From Octopus vulgaris (Eukaryota): a stretch of DNA of 64,000 nucleotides. Shown here piece after piece: positions 1 through 15,570 of the stretch. The stretch spans positions 111,290,001 to 111,354,000 of the forward strand of contig OX597818.1 in the NCBI GenBank assembly GCA_951406725.2. Reading direction: 5' to 3'. How positions within the stretch are numbered: position 1 is the stretch's first letter; the number at the start of each line of letters is the position of its first letter. The notes beneath the pieces were generated by a model. The model searched no databases, was not told the DNA's origin, and saw only the letters and a list, made by a program, of their open reading frames with translations. The position numbers and the translations under genes were made by a program.

Positions 1-117
1 TACCCAGAAGGGCTCGATATGAATCACGACTATAAGATACCCGCTTTTGGTTAAACCGCAAAATGTGGGAGTAGTTAGGAATCTAAATCGTAGGAGACAG
101 ACACGCACACAACTTCA

Positions 118-125
<8 letters not shown>
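1..125 (-). mobile_element. 5' end of a Helitron-like non-autonomous element (continues beyond window)
   Basis: Minus strand reads (TA)n-AAAAGTGAAGTTGTGTGCGTGTCTGTC, similar in layout to the Helitron 5' end at ~1502-1600. Confidence 0.35.
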
Positions 126-187
<62 letters not shown>

Positions 188-289
188 AAGGTGCGTGGCA
201 AAGTGCCATATATATGCACACACACATACATGCGTATATATATATATATTCATAAATATTTGCATATGCATACACACACTCACATATAA

Positions 290-445
290 TGATATTTTTT
301 ATAAGCTTAAAGCGATCACCGTGCAAATGACTAAGGAAGATAGTCTAATAAAGAGGCATATAAGCCCTCCACAGATTATTAGATTATTCGACTATTTTCC
401 TTAGTCACTTGCACGGTGATCGCTATAAGCTTTAAGAAAAATACC
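290..445. repeat. Imperfect inverted repeat (fold-back)
   Basis: AAGCTTAAAGCGATCACCGTGCAAATGACTAAGGAAGATAGTC pairs with GACTATTTTCCTTAGTCACTTGCACGGTGATCGCTATAAGCTT. Confidence 0.85.
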
Positions 446-485
446 ATTATTATTATTAATAGAATTGTAAAACTCGACACCGCTG

Positions 486-534
<49 letters not shown>

Positions 535-537
<3 letters not shown>

Positions 538-850
538 GAAAAATACAAACTGGGACAAGAACGTAAAACATTTAGAAGACGATACAAAAAACACGGACGG
601 GACATTCGAAGCCTTCAATCTTCAGTCAAGAACCGGATCATCCTAGCAACCGCGGCCGATTAATCCTGAGATCGCTCCGATCCGGCCAGCCCCAAGGAAA
701 AACTAAGCTACGAGCATTAGATTTCTTGGAAAAAGGATCGAATGTATACGAAGCAGGGACAGAAAAACGGACGATGCCACACGAATATAAAATACAAAAA
801 GCAATAATAGTAAAAACAGGACAAAAACAGCGGGTGCCTTACGACTAATA
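535..850 (-). mobile_element. (TA)n-flanked repeat, probable PLE terminal fragment; homologous to 53230-53470
   Basis: Reverse complement GGTTCTTGACTGAAGATTGAAGGCTTCGAATGTCCCGTCC matches 53360-53400. Confidence 0.55.
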
Positions 851-864
851 GGCAGTACAACTTA

Positions 865-1054
865 GTTATGGATTCCGTGGAACAAGCTGCCAGACGAGAT
901 GGTGAAGATGCCGACGACCGCTTTGTTCAAAGCCTCCCTGGACCTCAAGTGGCCTGAACTCTTTACATGAACACCACCCTGTACTTAACTCCATGTCCCC
1001 CTACATGGCCTTGCTATTTGCTTTTGAGCCAAATTAACTAACTAACTAACTAAC
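865..1054 (+). mobile_element. CR1-like LINE 3' end
   Basis: Translates WNKLPDEMVKMPTTALFKASLDLKWPELFT*, then a short 3' UTR and a (TAAC)n tail. Confidence 0.7.
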
Positions 1055-1501
1055 ATATATCCACAACCACGCTAATAGCTTGGGAGTGAAATTTAGGATT
1101 TCTCGGTTTTCTGTGAATCGAATTTGATTAAACTTTTCCCAGCTGATTTGCACACTATGACAACACCATTATTATACTTTCATTATTCTCTGTAACATCC
1201 TTTCTTTTTTTTTTTATCTCAGAATCTTCATGTTTTGGGTGAACCCATGTAGACATTTTTTTTTTTTCAGAAATTGTAGGGTAATGATACATATTAAACA
1301 CACATTGAGTGCATATTTAACAGAAAACCATAATAATATTATAATATCTATTGACATTATGAACTATTTAGCCAAATGAGCGTCAAGGAAGGAACGATCC
1401 GATGGTGGACCTCCAAGACTGTGACAGCTGGAGATTTAAGGAATATTGGTTGCAAGTTAAGAAGGGAACCTGGACAAACAAGCAAAGCCATTTTCACCGC
1501 C

Positions 1502-1502
1502 T

Positions 1503-1551
<49 letters not shown>

Positions 1552-2577
1552 TGAGAATGTGTGTGTGTGTGTGTGTGTGTGTCTGTCTGTCTGTGTTTCC
1601 CTAAAACTTGAGAACTACACAACCAATTCCATTCAAATTTTACACATGCCTTACTTAGGGTCCATGTAGTTTCATGGACAAAAAAAATGTTCAACTTCTT
1701 GCCTAGAGCGAGCCCATAGCAATATCATATCTTCTCCACTATTTCAGTATTACGTGTTAAAAGTGAAACAAAAACGTTTCTCTATTTTATGTCAGATGCT
1801 TTCACTTTATCAATAAAAATAATAATAACAATTGAATTGTATGTAGTAAGTAATAATTAAAATCAAACTAAAGTATAATATAATCGTAACATAACAAAAG
1901 TAAAAATAGCAATTGGTATAAAATTACATCAATGATTTGAACTTGAATAAGTGGTTTCACATGAATGGGAATAAATTAAAAATAAGATTAGCGTGCAGAA
2001 ATGGAATAGTCCAGATGGATAATAAAAAATTAAATTAAAGAAAAAACTATTGTCTATAAAGTATACAATGTAGAGAAAAAAGATTCGAACACATGGAGGA
2101 AAGCACCTTCGAAAAGTGTCTTGGTGCGACTATGAAAGGTATCTAATCAGAGGCGGTAAATTCGCCACAATAGAAGCAAGGTTCAAGTCAACGGAGCGTG
2201 TAAGGGAGTACTCGACTCGAACTTGCAAAGTGGAAATATTTTATTTTTACCTTTATATCTGTGACGTAGGACGTCCCGAAAAAACATTAAAAATGTCCCC
2301 CCCCCCACCGCCAGAAGTAGATGTAGGCTGGATTGTAGCCACACTTCCATACAAGAGGGAGGACAAGATACAATTGATCGAAATTACAAGAGACGGGCTA
2401 ACAATTCCAGTCTGTTATATATTTTGAGTATTGTTATCACTAGCGATATCAAGATATAACTTTGTATTTTGTATTTTATGTGTAGATGTATATATATATA
2501 TAGATGTGCATGTAATATGTACACATATATACATGCACTAGCACTATGACCCGGCAACGACGGGTCTTTAATGCTAG
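1502..2577 (+). mobile_element. Non-autonomous Helitron
   Basis: 5' TC..(TA)n-AAAACTGAGAATG-(TG)n-(TCTG)n; 3' hairpin GACCCG-GCAACGA-CGGGTC (2548-2566), then CTAG (2574-2577) followed by T. Confidence 0.7.
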
Positions 2578-2583
2578 TATATC

Positions 2584-2614
<31 letters not shown>

Positions 2615-2811
2615 ATAGTATATACATATTTATTCATATAGTATAGCGTTTCTGTCTAATTAGGGGAGTCATTTGTATATTTACTAAACCATACTGACAG
2701 ATACATGCATAACTATATACTGTTTTTTTAATAGATTTGTAATAACTTATCTTTCATATGCAGTCTATTAAAACAATATCCCCTTAGTAATATCACAATA
2801 AACTAAAATGC

Positions 2812-2848
<37 letters not shown>

Positions 2849-3195
2849 TCATCCACATTTTTCTAATATATTGCGTAATTTAACATAATTTAATATAATA
2901 TAATATGAGTGAAGTCCTTATACTAATTTCTTTATTGACTTTTATTATCCTACCTACTAAAAGTTAACCTTGGATTATTTGTTTTTTGTTTATATACATT
3001 TATATATATTTATATATATATTTTGCCTACTTTGTTGTTTATGTTATCGATTATCCATTTACCAACCATAACAAAGTCATGGCCTTTCAAAACAATAGAT
3101 GGAGCAACGCAAAATGGACTCTTTCGCCTAAACACACAGAACATTATCCAGTCCATGAATCGAATTCTTATACTAATGAGTGCGTCACCATTATG

Positions 3196-3235
<40 letters not shown>

Positions 3236-3954
3236 ACACACGAGATCAGTGAGTTAATTTCTGTAGAACATAGGTCAGGAACCCGGACAAGTGTAGAAAG
3301 TCATCAAGGCACGGTAGCTGAAACTAGCATAAGATGACTATGCTTGATAAGAGAGCACAAATAGAATCCTTTCGTGGCTGAAGACTAGCTTAGTCCTCGG
3401 TGCCTCACTTTGGTGAAGCGTACAAGAGCTAAGATGGCTTCCAGTATTGCAATGGATTTAGAAGAACTTGGAAAACCTATGAGCATCTCCTGCTGTCTCT
3501 GTGCGAAGCAAAGCATCTCTGAAGTTTTTTATCCACATGATGTGTGCGTTTTAAGAAATGCTTCTGTAAAACACTGCGTGCTTAAGGAACCGTAAAAGAA
3601 CCTCAAGAAACACGTATAGCAGAGATTTAGAAATGGGTAGTAAAGTATTAAAATAAAATTCTTTTATATGGTGTGATGATGGGGACTGCTATCTCTAAAT
3701 AACATATATTTCCTCATTGAGAATAATTCCTTTGAACCCCTGTGATGCCGGAATTTTTATTCCCTAATAATATATATACGTTAAAGTATTAATTGAAAAG
3801 AGACTAATTTCATATGTTTAGCTATATGTTGGCTTTGATGAGGAGTGATATCGCCCTTGAAAATTGTCTCTTTCTAATTAATGCTTTAGTCTAATCGCTC
3901 AATAAATTGAGCCCCACGCTGTTGTTCACCTCTCTGATTTTTCATTACCTATAT

Positions 3955-4325
3955 TTTAGTCGTTTCAGTCATTTGACTGTGGCCATGCTGGAGCACAGCC
4001 TTTAGTCGAGAAAATCGACCCCAGGACTTATTCTTTCTAAGCCTAGTACTTATTCTACCGGTCTCTTTTGCCGAACCACTAAGTTACGGTGACGTAAATA
4101 CACCAGCATCGGTTGTCAAGCAATGTTGACGAGACAAACACAGACACACAAACATATACATACATATACGACGGGATTCTTTCAGTTTCCGTCAACCAAA
4201 TCCACTCACATGGGTTTGGACGGCCCGAGGCTATAGTAGAAGACACCCAAAGTGCCACGCAGTTGGACTGAACCCGGAATCATGAGGCTCGTAAGCAAGC
4301 TACTTACCACACAGCACTCCAACGC
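3955..4325 (-). mobile_element. tRNA-derived SINE family B (internal microsatellite)
   Basis: Matches the other copies, e.g. CAGTCATTTGACTGTGGCCATGCTGGAGCAC and GCTACTTACCACACAGC. Confidence 0.85.
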
Positions 4326-4569
4326 ATGTATATTTCATGTTTTTTTTCATTTTATCTAGTTTCAGCTCACGAGATATGGCCATGCTGGGGCATCGCCATT
4401 CGGTGTTGCTACATGATTTTACTTCACGAATGCTTTTTAGCAATTGACATTTGGTGCATGAGAGAGTTTGATTAGTGAGAATTTACGAAAAAAGACAAGA
4501 CAAAAGATGAAGACGGGTGTGTGAACAACAAACAGATGTATTAGTTTGACGCTCGGAAAGTGAGAAATT

Positions 4570-4605
4570 CTTTTACGTTTCGAGCCTACGCTCTTCGACA
4601 GAAAG
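4570..4605 (-). ncRNA. Minimal type I hammerhead-like motif (A6U core variant)
   Basis: Minus strand: CTTT-CTGTCGA-A-GAGC-GTAG-GCTC-GAAA-CG-TA-AAAG; stems I and II pair. Confidence 0.65.
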
Positions 4606-4643
4606 GAACAGAAATAAACTGGGAGAGAAATATGCCAAATATG

Positions 4644-4690
<47 letters not shown>

Positions 4691-5021
4691 GCATGATTTT
4701 GTATATCCGCGTATGTGTGTGTGTAGAGATGTGTACATGAACACAATGATGTGTGCATGGGCTCATATACGTGTGTATGCGCGTGTATATATGAGTGCAT
4801 GTTTACATGTGTGTAGATATATATGTGTGTGTGTATATATATGTACACGTGTGTGTGTGTAAGTATGTATAGATATATACATATATATTTATATACACGC
4901 GAGTGTGTGCGTACGTGTATGAATATGTGTGTACATGTGTTCATATGTAGATTCTATGAACAAAGTTTTACTTTCACCACGCCTATTGGAGTAACTTCCC
5001 TTTATTCAACGGTTTTTGTCT

Positions 5022-5077
5022 TAACTGACGAGGTGTTGGAGCAGGCTTCAACCCGACGTCCGAAACTCTGAGTTTTA
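5022..5077 (+). ncRNA. Minimal type I hammerhead-like motif
   Basis: TAA-CTGACGA-GGTGTTGG..CCGACGTC-C-GAAA-CTCTGAG-TT-TTA; same family as 47545 and 58858. Confidence 0.65.
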
Positions 5078-5098
5078 TTATGACAACTAACTGATTGT

Positions 5099-7048
<1,950 letters not shown>

Positions 7049-7050
<2 letters not shown>

Positions 7051-8491
7051 TTCTAGTTTATCCTCTAACGAGGAAATTTTTAACAAGCATTGTGATAGAT
7101 ACAATGCAGCATTGCTTAAGGCAGGATACAAAAGTAAGATATGGTTTATACCTAAGGGGAACCCTCCTAATGGAGGTAGAACTATCAGGAACAACACGAA
7201 TAGATTTAGGATAAACAACAATATACATAAGAATAGTAAAAATAGAATATATGATAACACCTATAATAAATGTAGAAGTGATGTTAACCTCGGAAAGGTG
7301 AACGGTAGCTCAAATAGATCTGAGCATACGGGTAATAGTAGTAATATTAATAATAATATACAAATTAAAACTTATGGTAGACATGATAATGGTAAAGTTT
7401 ACTTGCGCAATAACCATGGGAATATTGATATAGATAGATATAACAATGACAGTGGTAAGAATAGTAATCCTATGGGTTGGTCTAGGAATAGGATTTTTAC
7501 AAATAACAATAATTCTATAGGCAATCCTAATTCTGATAAGGATACACTATGGTTGATTATCCCATATGCAATGCAGATTAAAACAAACATAGTGAGAGCT
7601 TTGCATAATGTTATATTTAGGCATTTTGGTAAGGATAAGAATAAATTTAGTCCTTTAATTAACAACGGTACTGTTAGAGTGGGATATAGCATTACTCATA
7701 ATCTAGCCACCATTATCTCCTCTTTTAATAACAGGAAACTGGATCACTTCTATAAGGATAGAAAATTGAATTTAGACCAGGGAAATTTGCCCCTCTTTAA
7801 TAATAATAGGAACAGAAACTTTCTTGGAACGAATGTGAACAACCCCCTTACTAATAATGAGTGCACCCTACCTGTCAGAGATAATATAAATGTAATAGAT
7901 CATACTACTACTACCAATACTAGTACTAGTGATAGGAATATAGCCGACAATGTGAAATTAACTCATTCGTTGATTTTGGGTGTGGATGATGATAACAATT
8001 GTAACACTTATAATGTGAATGGTAGTATAGGGGTGGAGACCAATCTTAGATTTCCTCATTCTGTTAATCTTTGTAATTTCAGAAACAAAAATAAATGTGT
8101 ATTTGGTAATCAATGCCTCAGGAAGGAGGTAGTTTACCAATGCACTGTAGATACACAATTGAGTAGTAGGGTGTATATCGGGGCAACTATGAATAGCATA
8201 AAACAAAGATTGAATTATCACAGATATACTTTTAGAAATAAAAATAGAATGTACTCTACAGGGCTAAGTGCATACATTTGGGAACTTAAAAGTAAGAACT
8301 TAGATTTTAGATTAAACTGGAAAATACTAACTTCAGCACCTGTGTATAATGGAAAAAATAAAAAATGCTCTCTATGTATTAATGAAATTTTTTTCATTAT
8401 TAAAGCGGGTCGGCAAATTATTAACAACATTAATGAAAAAAACTTCTTTTGCATTCATAGGCTACCGTTCACCTTTTCTAGATTCAAATAG
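7049..8491 (+). CDS. Penelope-like retroelement (Naiad-type) ORF, 5'-truncated: RT thumb region plus C-terminal GIY-YIG endonuclease
   Basis: Frame open from [21 protein letters not shown]; LWLIIPY..KTNI..TVRVGYS; [46 protein letters not shown]. Confidence 0.85.
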
Positions 8492-10178
8492 AACTTAGCA
8501 CTTCCACTATTATTAATTTTTTAACTCCCTTCTTTAACTAACTATACCTGTGGTCTTCTATAATTCTAAAGTATACAACTTATAAATTTATAATTTTATA
8601 ATTTTTATAGCTACATTTGTATAATAATAATAGATGTGTCTAGTATTATTTGTTTCTTGTTTTTGTATGTGGGTTTTTGTTTGTTTTTTAAGGGAAATGC
8701 AATATGACATGAAATAACATATTCATTTTGGTATTTGCCTTGTAATATGTGATTTTTGAAGTTTTCTAATATTGCATAGTATATTGCATAGTATATATGT
8801 ATATCTTGGTTAGATACCTAGCTCTAGATAATGTAATGATATTGTATAATATGTAATATATGAGAGCCTTTTATGAGTTTGGTGTGTTTAGGTTGAGAAT
8901 ATAGGTTTTTTGTATGTGTTTATTTGGAAGGTTTTTATTGTATATTTGGTCTTTCTTTGTACTCACCTTAATTTGTATCTTATGCTATTTACTAATAAAC
9001 CTTTTTCATTTTTTTCATTTTTTCTTTTACATACATTTGGCTTTATAAATATTACCAGCCTCATATATTTAGTTTATATCTATAGTCCTCTGGATCTGTA
9101 CTTTAAATTATCCTTCCATACATATTTACTTTCAACAATATAACATATATATTCACTTTATTTATTTTTTATTTTATTGTAATGTTATCAATCTCTGCAT
9201 TTAGTCTTCTAATTATTTATTTATTTGCCTATTTAAGTGTAGATGTTTACATACATATCAAGTCATCTAATTTGTTATCCATTTATTTTTTACTTATTTA
9301 CTTATACTAGGGTAGTTTTATACATACATATCTATCATTTATTTTTATTTAATTTTAATAATATATGAATACATATATACTGGTTTGTACTTATAATATG
9401 TGTATAACCGTATTTATTCCTTCGTGTTTATTCCTTCTTATTTATTTTATCACATTTTATCTTAAGTATTTATAATATAAATTTTTAAAAATTTCTGTGA
9501 TGTTCTCATAAGCGTTTACATTAGTACTTCCCCTTCTATTTTTTAATACCTAAACTGGTATATTATGGCATTAAATTTATTAAGTAAATAAGTGATTTAT
9601 TTATAATATATAAATATATATAAATTAATATATATTTTATATTTTATAATTTAGCGTACTTGGAATCATAACAAACTTACGATAAATCTAACAACCGTAT
9701 GTTTACTTTGCAACAAACCGGTGTTATAAATTTTAAGTTACCCATGAAATATTTATCTGACTTAGTAACGTACTGATATTTAAAAATATATTTATATCTA
9801 AATTAAATATCTTATGAAATGCATGGGTGGTTCTTTTTCGTTATTTGAGGCACAGTTATAATTTTGAAGGACTAAATGGTAGCATAGTTGCTTCCCTTTT
9901 TGTTTATCTATGTGCTAGTTGTTGCTTGTGATTATGTATGTGTATAAGTGTATGTATATACATATAACTATGTGTGTATGTGCGATTGATCTGTAGATGC
10001 GTGTGTGAATATTGGCGTTCCTTGACTAACCAACCGTATAATTTTCTTTTGTGATTTAAATTTCAAACCAATAGCCAATCGAATTAATCTAAATTTTCTT
10101 TACCTAGTGGTCAGCATGTCTAAACTCATAGTTATTTCGATCTTGAAAGGATGGACTTGGTGCAAACTTAACTGTATC

Positions 10179-10212
<34 letters not shown>

Positions 10213-10551
10213 ATTAATAGTAATTTTTATTAACTTTTATAGCTTTAGAATTTTATGAACTGAACCATGGTTTTAATTATTATTTTTCATCTCCCTATGT
10301 GTTAGTTTTTTTTAAAAAAAAACTATTAGCCAAATATGTATAATATCGGTACTTATTAATATTAATATATACACTGATATATATTTTGTTTTATTTTGTT
10401 CTGTTTACCTTCCTTTATTGTACCAATGAGTATTATATTATATAAGTGTAGCATTATGATGTATAAGTTTTTATATTTTACATTTTTATATTTTTATATT
10501 TATATGTATATGATTATATAATATTTTTCACAATTATAACAAATTTAATTT

Positions 10552-10667
10552 AATTCTCTGAAGAGGCCGTGGGGCATCCTTGTTAATGCCTCATTTATAC
10601 CTGCCTTTATGGCTTATAGGTTAAATGAGGTATGACTGCCCTCACTGCCGAAACAGCTGTCAGTTTT
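10552..10667 (+). ncRNA. Type I hammerhead motif with extended stem II
   Basis: CTGAAGA (10558-64)-GGC..85 nt rod..GCC-GAAA (10650-53)-CAGCTG-TC; stem I is weak (CT/AG). Confidence 0.7.
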
Positions 10668-10854
10668 GATTTAATTGCATATTATATTTGAAATTTTTTA
10701 CTTATATCTCTTTATCTTTTTACTATTACTGTATATCTCATTTTGTATAATGCCTTTACTCATATGTAATGGTGTATTAAAGTATTGATTGGGTATCATC
10801 GGATAGTTGATGTTTTATTGATTTAAGTATGTTTCTCCATTCTCTAATTTTGTT

Positions 10855-12015
<1,161 letters not shown>

Positions 12016-12019
12016 AAAT

Positions 12020-12297
12020 GACCTCGCGGTTAGTATGTTGCACTCACATTTACAAGATCGTAGTTTCAGTTCTAGAGCGGGTGGCACGTTGTATTCTTCA
12101 GCAAAAGACTATCTCACGTAGCTCTATGATCACGTGACACGTGGTACACCTTGGACATGTTCAGACGACGTCGATTTGATGGCGAGAGTTAATCGTACGG
12201 CATGAGCATTTGATCAATCACTATAGACAAATCATTTGCGTAGGTCGTTCGGCCAAAGCTGAACGTCCGCTTATCGTCTTCAACGAGAGAGTCCATT
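12020..12297 (+). mobile_element. Degenerate tRNA-derived SINE
   Basis: Decayed A/B-box head (GCGGTTAG..GTTTCAGTTC), then a TGTATTCTTCAGCAAAAGAC motif like family D. Confidence 0.45.
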
Positions 12298-12306
12298 ACA
12301 CGCACG

Positions 12307-12366
<60 letters not shown>

Positions 12367-12627
12367 GTGTACTATTCGATTATGGTAAGATCAACAAAAA
12401 AGTAGTCCATCTGGTGAAAGGTAAATAGCATTTAAAGTTTTTTTATGTGCACGTAAAAGCGTATATTGTAGGTTAAATAGTATTTAACTCTCACCAGATG
12501 GAGTACTTTTATATCGTATTTATTGAATAGTATCTATATATAATCTACCTATATGTAGGTCCCGGGTTGAGTCGGGGTTAACCACAGTAAATAAGGTACT
12601 CAATACATAGCAGAGTAAAGTAATTTA

Positions 12628-12680
12628 TTTTATAGAAGGAGCTTCTACAGGACTATCCTGTAGAAGCTCCTTCTATAAAA
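12628..12680. repeat. Perfect 25-bp hairpin
   Basis: TTTTATAGAAGGAGCTTCTACAGGA-CTA-TCCTGTAGAAGCTCCTTCTATAAAA. Confidence 0.95.
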
Positions 12681-12692
12681 AAATATAATCTA

Positions 12693-12749
<57 letters not shown>

Positions 12750-12953
12750 ATCTACCTATATGCCTATGGAAATCTGGCGTTAATTCTTGTGGCTTCGGAG
12801 TATTTTTTATTCCTATTTCTAACAAAGTTGGAGGTTCACCGTGCCCTTGTTACGTATAATTCTTATATATGTCTATTCATATTGCCTATTCATGTTAAAG
12901 CTTGCGGCCACTAACATAGCTATCTTTCATGAGTAATAATGTTCTTTATATAT

Positions 12954-13014
<61 letters not shown>

Positions 13015-13129
13015 CTTATATGTAGGAACTAAATGTATGTTTTGGCCAAGGTTTGCAACGCTTAACGCGTTCTTTACAAGAAAATTCTCTGAGAACAGGA
13101 TGAGATAGTGTTCATTGATAGAAACCGGA

Positions 13130-13452
13130 CAAGAAGATTTGCCGTTATCATATGGAAAGGACTTCGATAGAATATTCTAATCTTACGACTTATATGTCTT
13201 TCTAGCTCTGATATTCTAGATAAATATATTCCCAACTGAGTTAAAAAAACTAAAGCTTAAGTTATGGTCTAATTCCTTCCAAGTGGCCGACTGGTTTATT
13301 TTTATTAATAAGTGCACTAAATTTATCCAGTTCGACATTTCTAGTTACTATTCCTGTTTTAACCCAGTTGTACTCAATAAGGCACTTTGGTTCGCACACA
13401 ACAAAGCAGGTCCCACCAGGGATGAAATTAATGTCGTGTTAGCCACCAGAAA
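13130..13452 (+). pseudogene. Naiad-type PLE reverse transcriptase relic
   Basis: LWSNSFQVADWF..KFIQFDISSYYS..LNKALWFA..EINVVLATRK resembles the PLE RT motif region. Confidence 0.65.
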
Positions 13453-13779
13453 ATTGCAGCAACCTAAAACACATCCAGGTTTCCTTCAACCTAATTCAGG
13501 GTCATTAAAAAAAAAATCGATATATTTTCTCTTTAAATATTGGTCAAGTACAACAACAACAACAGCCAGAAAGCCGTGAACAGAAACAACAACAACAGGA
13601 AGAGCCGCACCTAAATTGTAGCATAATAGGTGACTTACTGAACGATAGTATCTCTTCACCCCTCTCTCACTCACCACTCTCATAGCAGCCACCACAATTA
13701 TCGTCGTCGTCATCTTCATCACCACCGTTGCCACCATCGTCTTCTAACACCTCAAATACTAAAAATAAACCACTGCTTT

Positions 13780-15510
13780 CTTCCCCCACATCGCTACCTC
13801 ACTCCTACTGTAGTATGAAAAACCTAAAAAAGATAAATGAAGAGAAATATGTCCCCCACGACACTAACAAGAAACCCCAAAATATGCCGTAATTCCCTAC
13901 GTTGCAGGTTCTGCACACGTAGTGACTGCATCTTTACACATCTATCTGGCACTAAACCCACGATCCAGACAAACACTACTAGCCATGGCCAAACCACGCA
14001 TACAGCAATAACATCAACACTACCAAGTAGTAAATTGAATGTTAGAATACGTATAACACTGAATCCCAACGCGAGAAACTATGCCTGTTGCGTGACTGTC
14101 CCTTCACTCATCTTCCAGGGACCCGACGCACTAACAGAAATGGAGCTCCAAGCCAAAACACAAACCACAGTAAAAACACTGCCGACCGCAGTGATGCTGG
14201 TCCAGTCTTTTCACGAAGACACAAAAACAACCACAACAAAAGCCGAAACGACAACCCTATCCAACAGTGCCACCACACCTCCAGTCAAAAACCGCTCCCT
14301 AAGCAGGAAAATTCTTTTTTAGCCAGGTTGAACCTGACAAAAAGATACAAAAATACCTTTTAGCCATCACTCAATACCATCCTATGCTATTACCCCAGTG
14401 CGCCAACCCCGCACATTGCTGTCACTAACACGCAATCAGAAAAAAGTCCCCTGCAACAGTCAAAACCCAACACTATGCTAGTCTCCACGTTTCTACTCAA
14501 TGCACAAGGTATGGTGTCAGTCTCTCCATCAATGCAAAAATACGGAAGATCCATTTATTGAGAATTAGGTTGGTAACCATCCACACCACATCCCTTTCTT
14601 CATTCTTACCGAGACCCATCTTGACAACTCCTACTTGGAAGCCGAGGTGAAAGTGAGGAATTTCACAACCATCCGCACGGATCGAGTCGACAGAAGGAAG
14701 GGTGAAACTGCCATTTTCCTGCATGATTGCTTTTCGGCAGATGGAAATATGGCATTCTCCAATGGCTGCTGTGAATCAGTAACCGTGCACAACAAAACCA
14801 ATGACTTGATAGTAGTTGGGCTGTATAGGCCACCTCACAAACCCATACTGCGCTTTAATGAATGCCTCAACAGTATTAAGTGCTTTATTCACCAGTGCCA
14901 TTCTAAGAACATAATTATGATGGGAGATTTTAATCTACCCTGTGTTGATTGGTTTGAAATCAGGCACTCCTAACTCAACTGATGACAAAGAAGCAGTAGA
15001 GTCACTTCTCGACTTTATGAACGAGTTTCTCTTGTCCCAACTTGTCCTTGCACCAATAAGATATCAGAACATTTTAGACCTTGTGTTTAGTAACCACACT
15101 ATTACAATACTTCAGTAGAAAAACCCCTTCTTTCAGACCATGACATGGTTCTCTGTAACTTGAGATTTCACTAGCCAAGAGCTAACCTTAGTAACCTCTC
15201 TCCAGCACACCCATTTGATACCATAGATCTCTATGATGTCGACTGGAACGCAATCATAAGCAATCTATCATATGTTGACTGGTCTTTCACACATGCACAC
15301 ACCTCATCCAACATCAAAATATCTCGGCAGATCTTTGTAGACACTGTTATAAACATATGTGCTAAACACACCTTACTAAAACCTACGAAGAAAACTAAGT
15401 GCAGAATTCCCGAAAACAGAAAAACAATTATCGGAAAAATAAAAAGAACAAACAAAAAAATTAACGAACTAGAATATTGCCAACAGTCACATAAATTCGA
15501 CGGCTATCAC
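13780..15510 (+). mobile_element. Degenerate CR1-group LINE 5' part: ORF1 relic plus APE endonuclease
   Basis: CRNSLRCRFCTRSDCIFTHLSGT; LTETHL, IRTDR..RKG, GLYRPP, MGDFNLP..DW, LDLVF, SDHDMV, with stops and frameshifts. Confidence 0.8.
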
Positions 15511-15528
15511 CCTGGTCGAATAAAAAAA

Positions 15529-15564
<36 letters not shown>

Positions 15565-15570
<6 letters not shown>

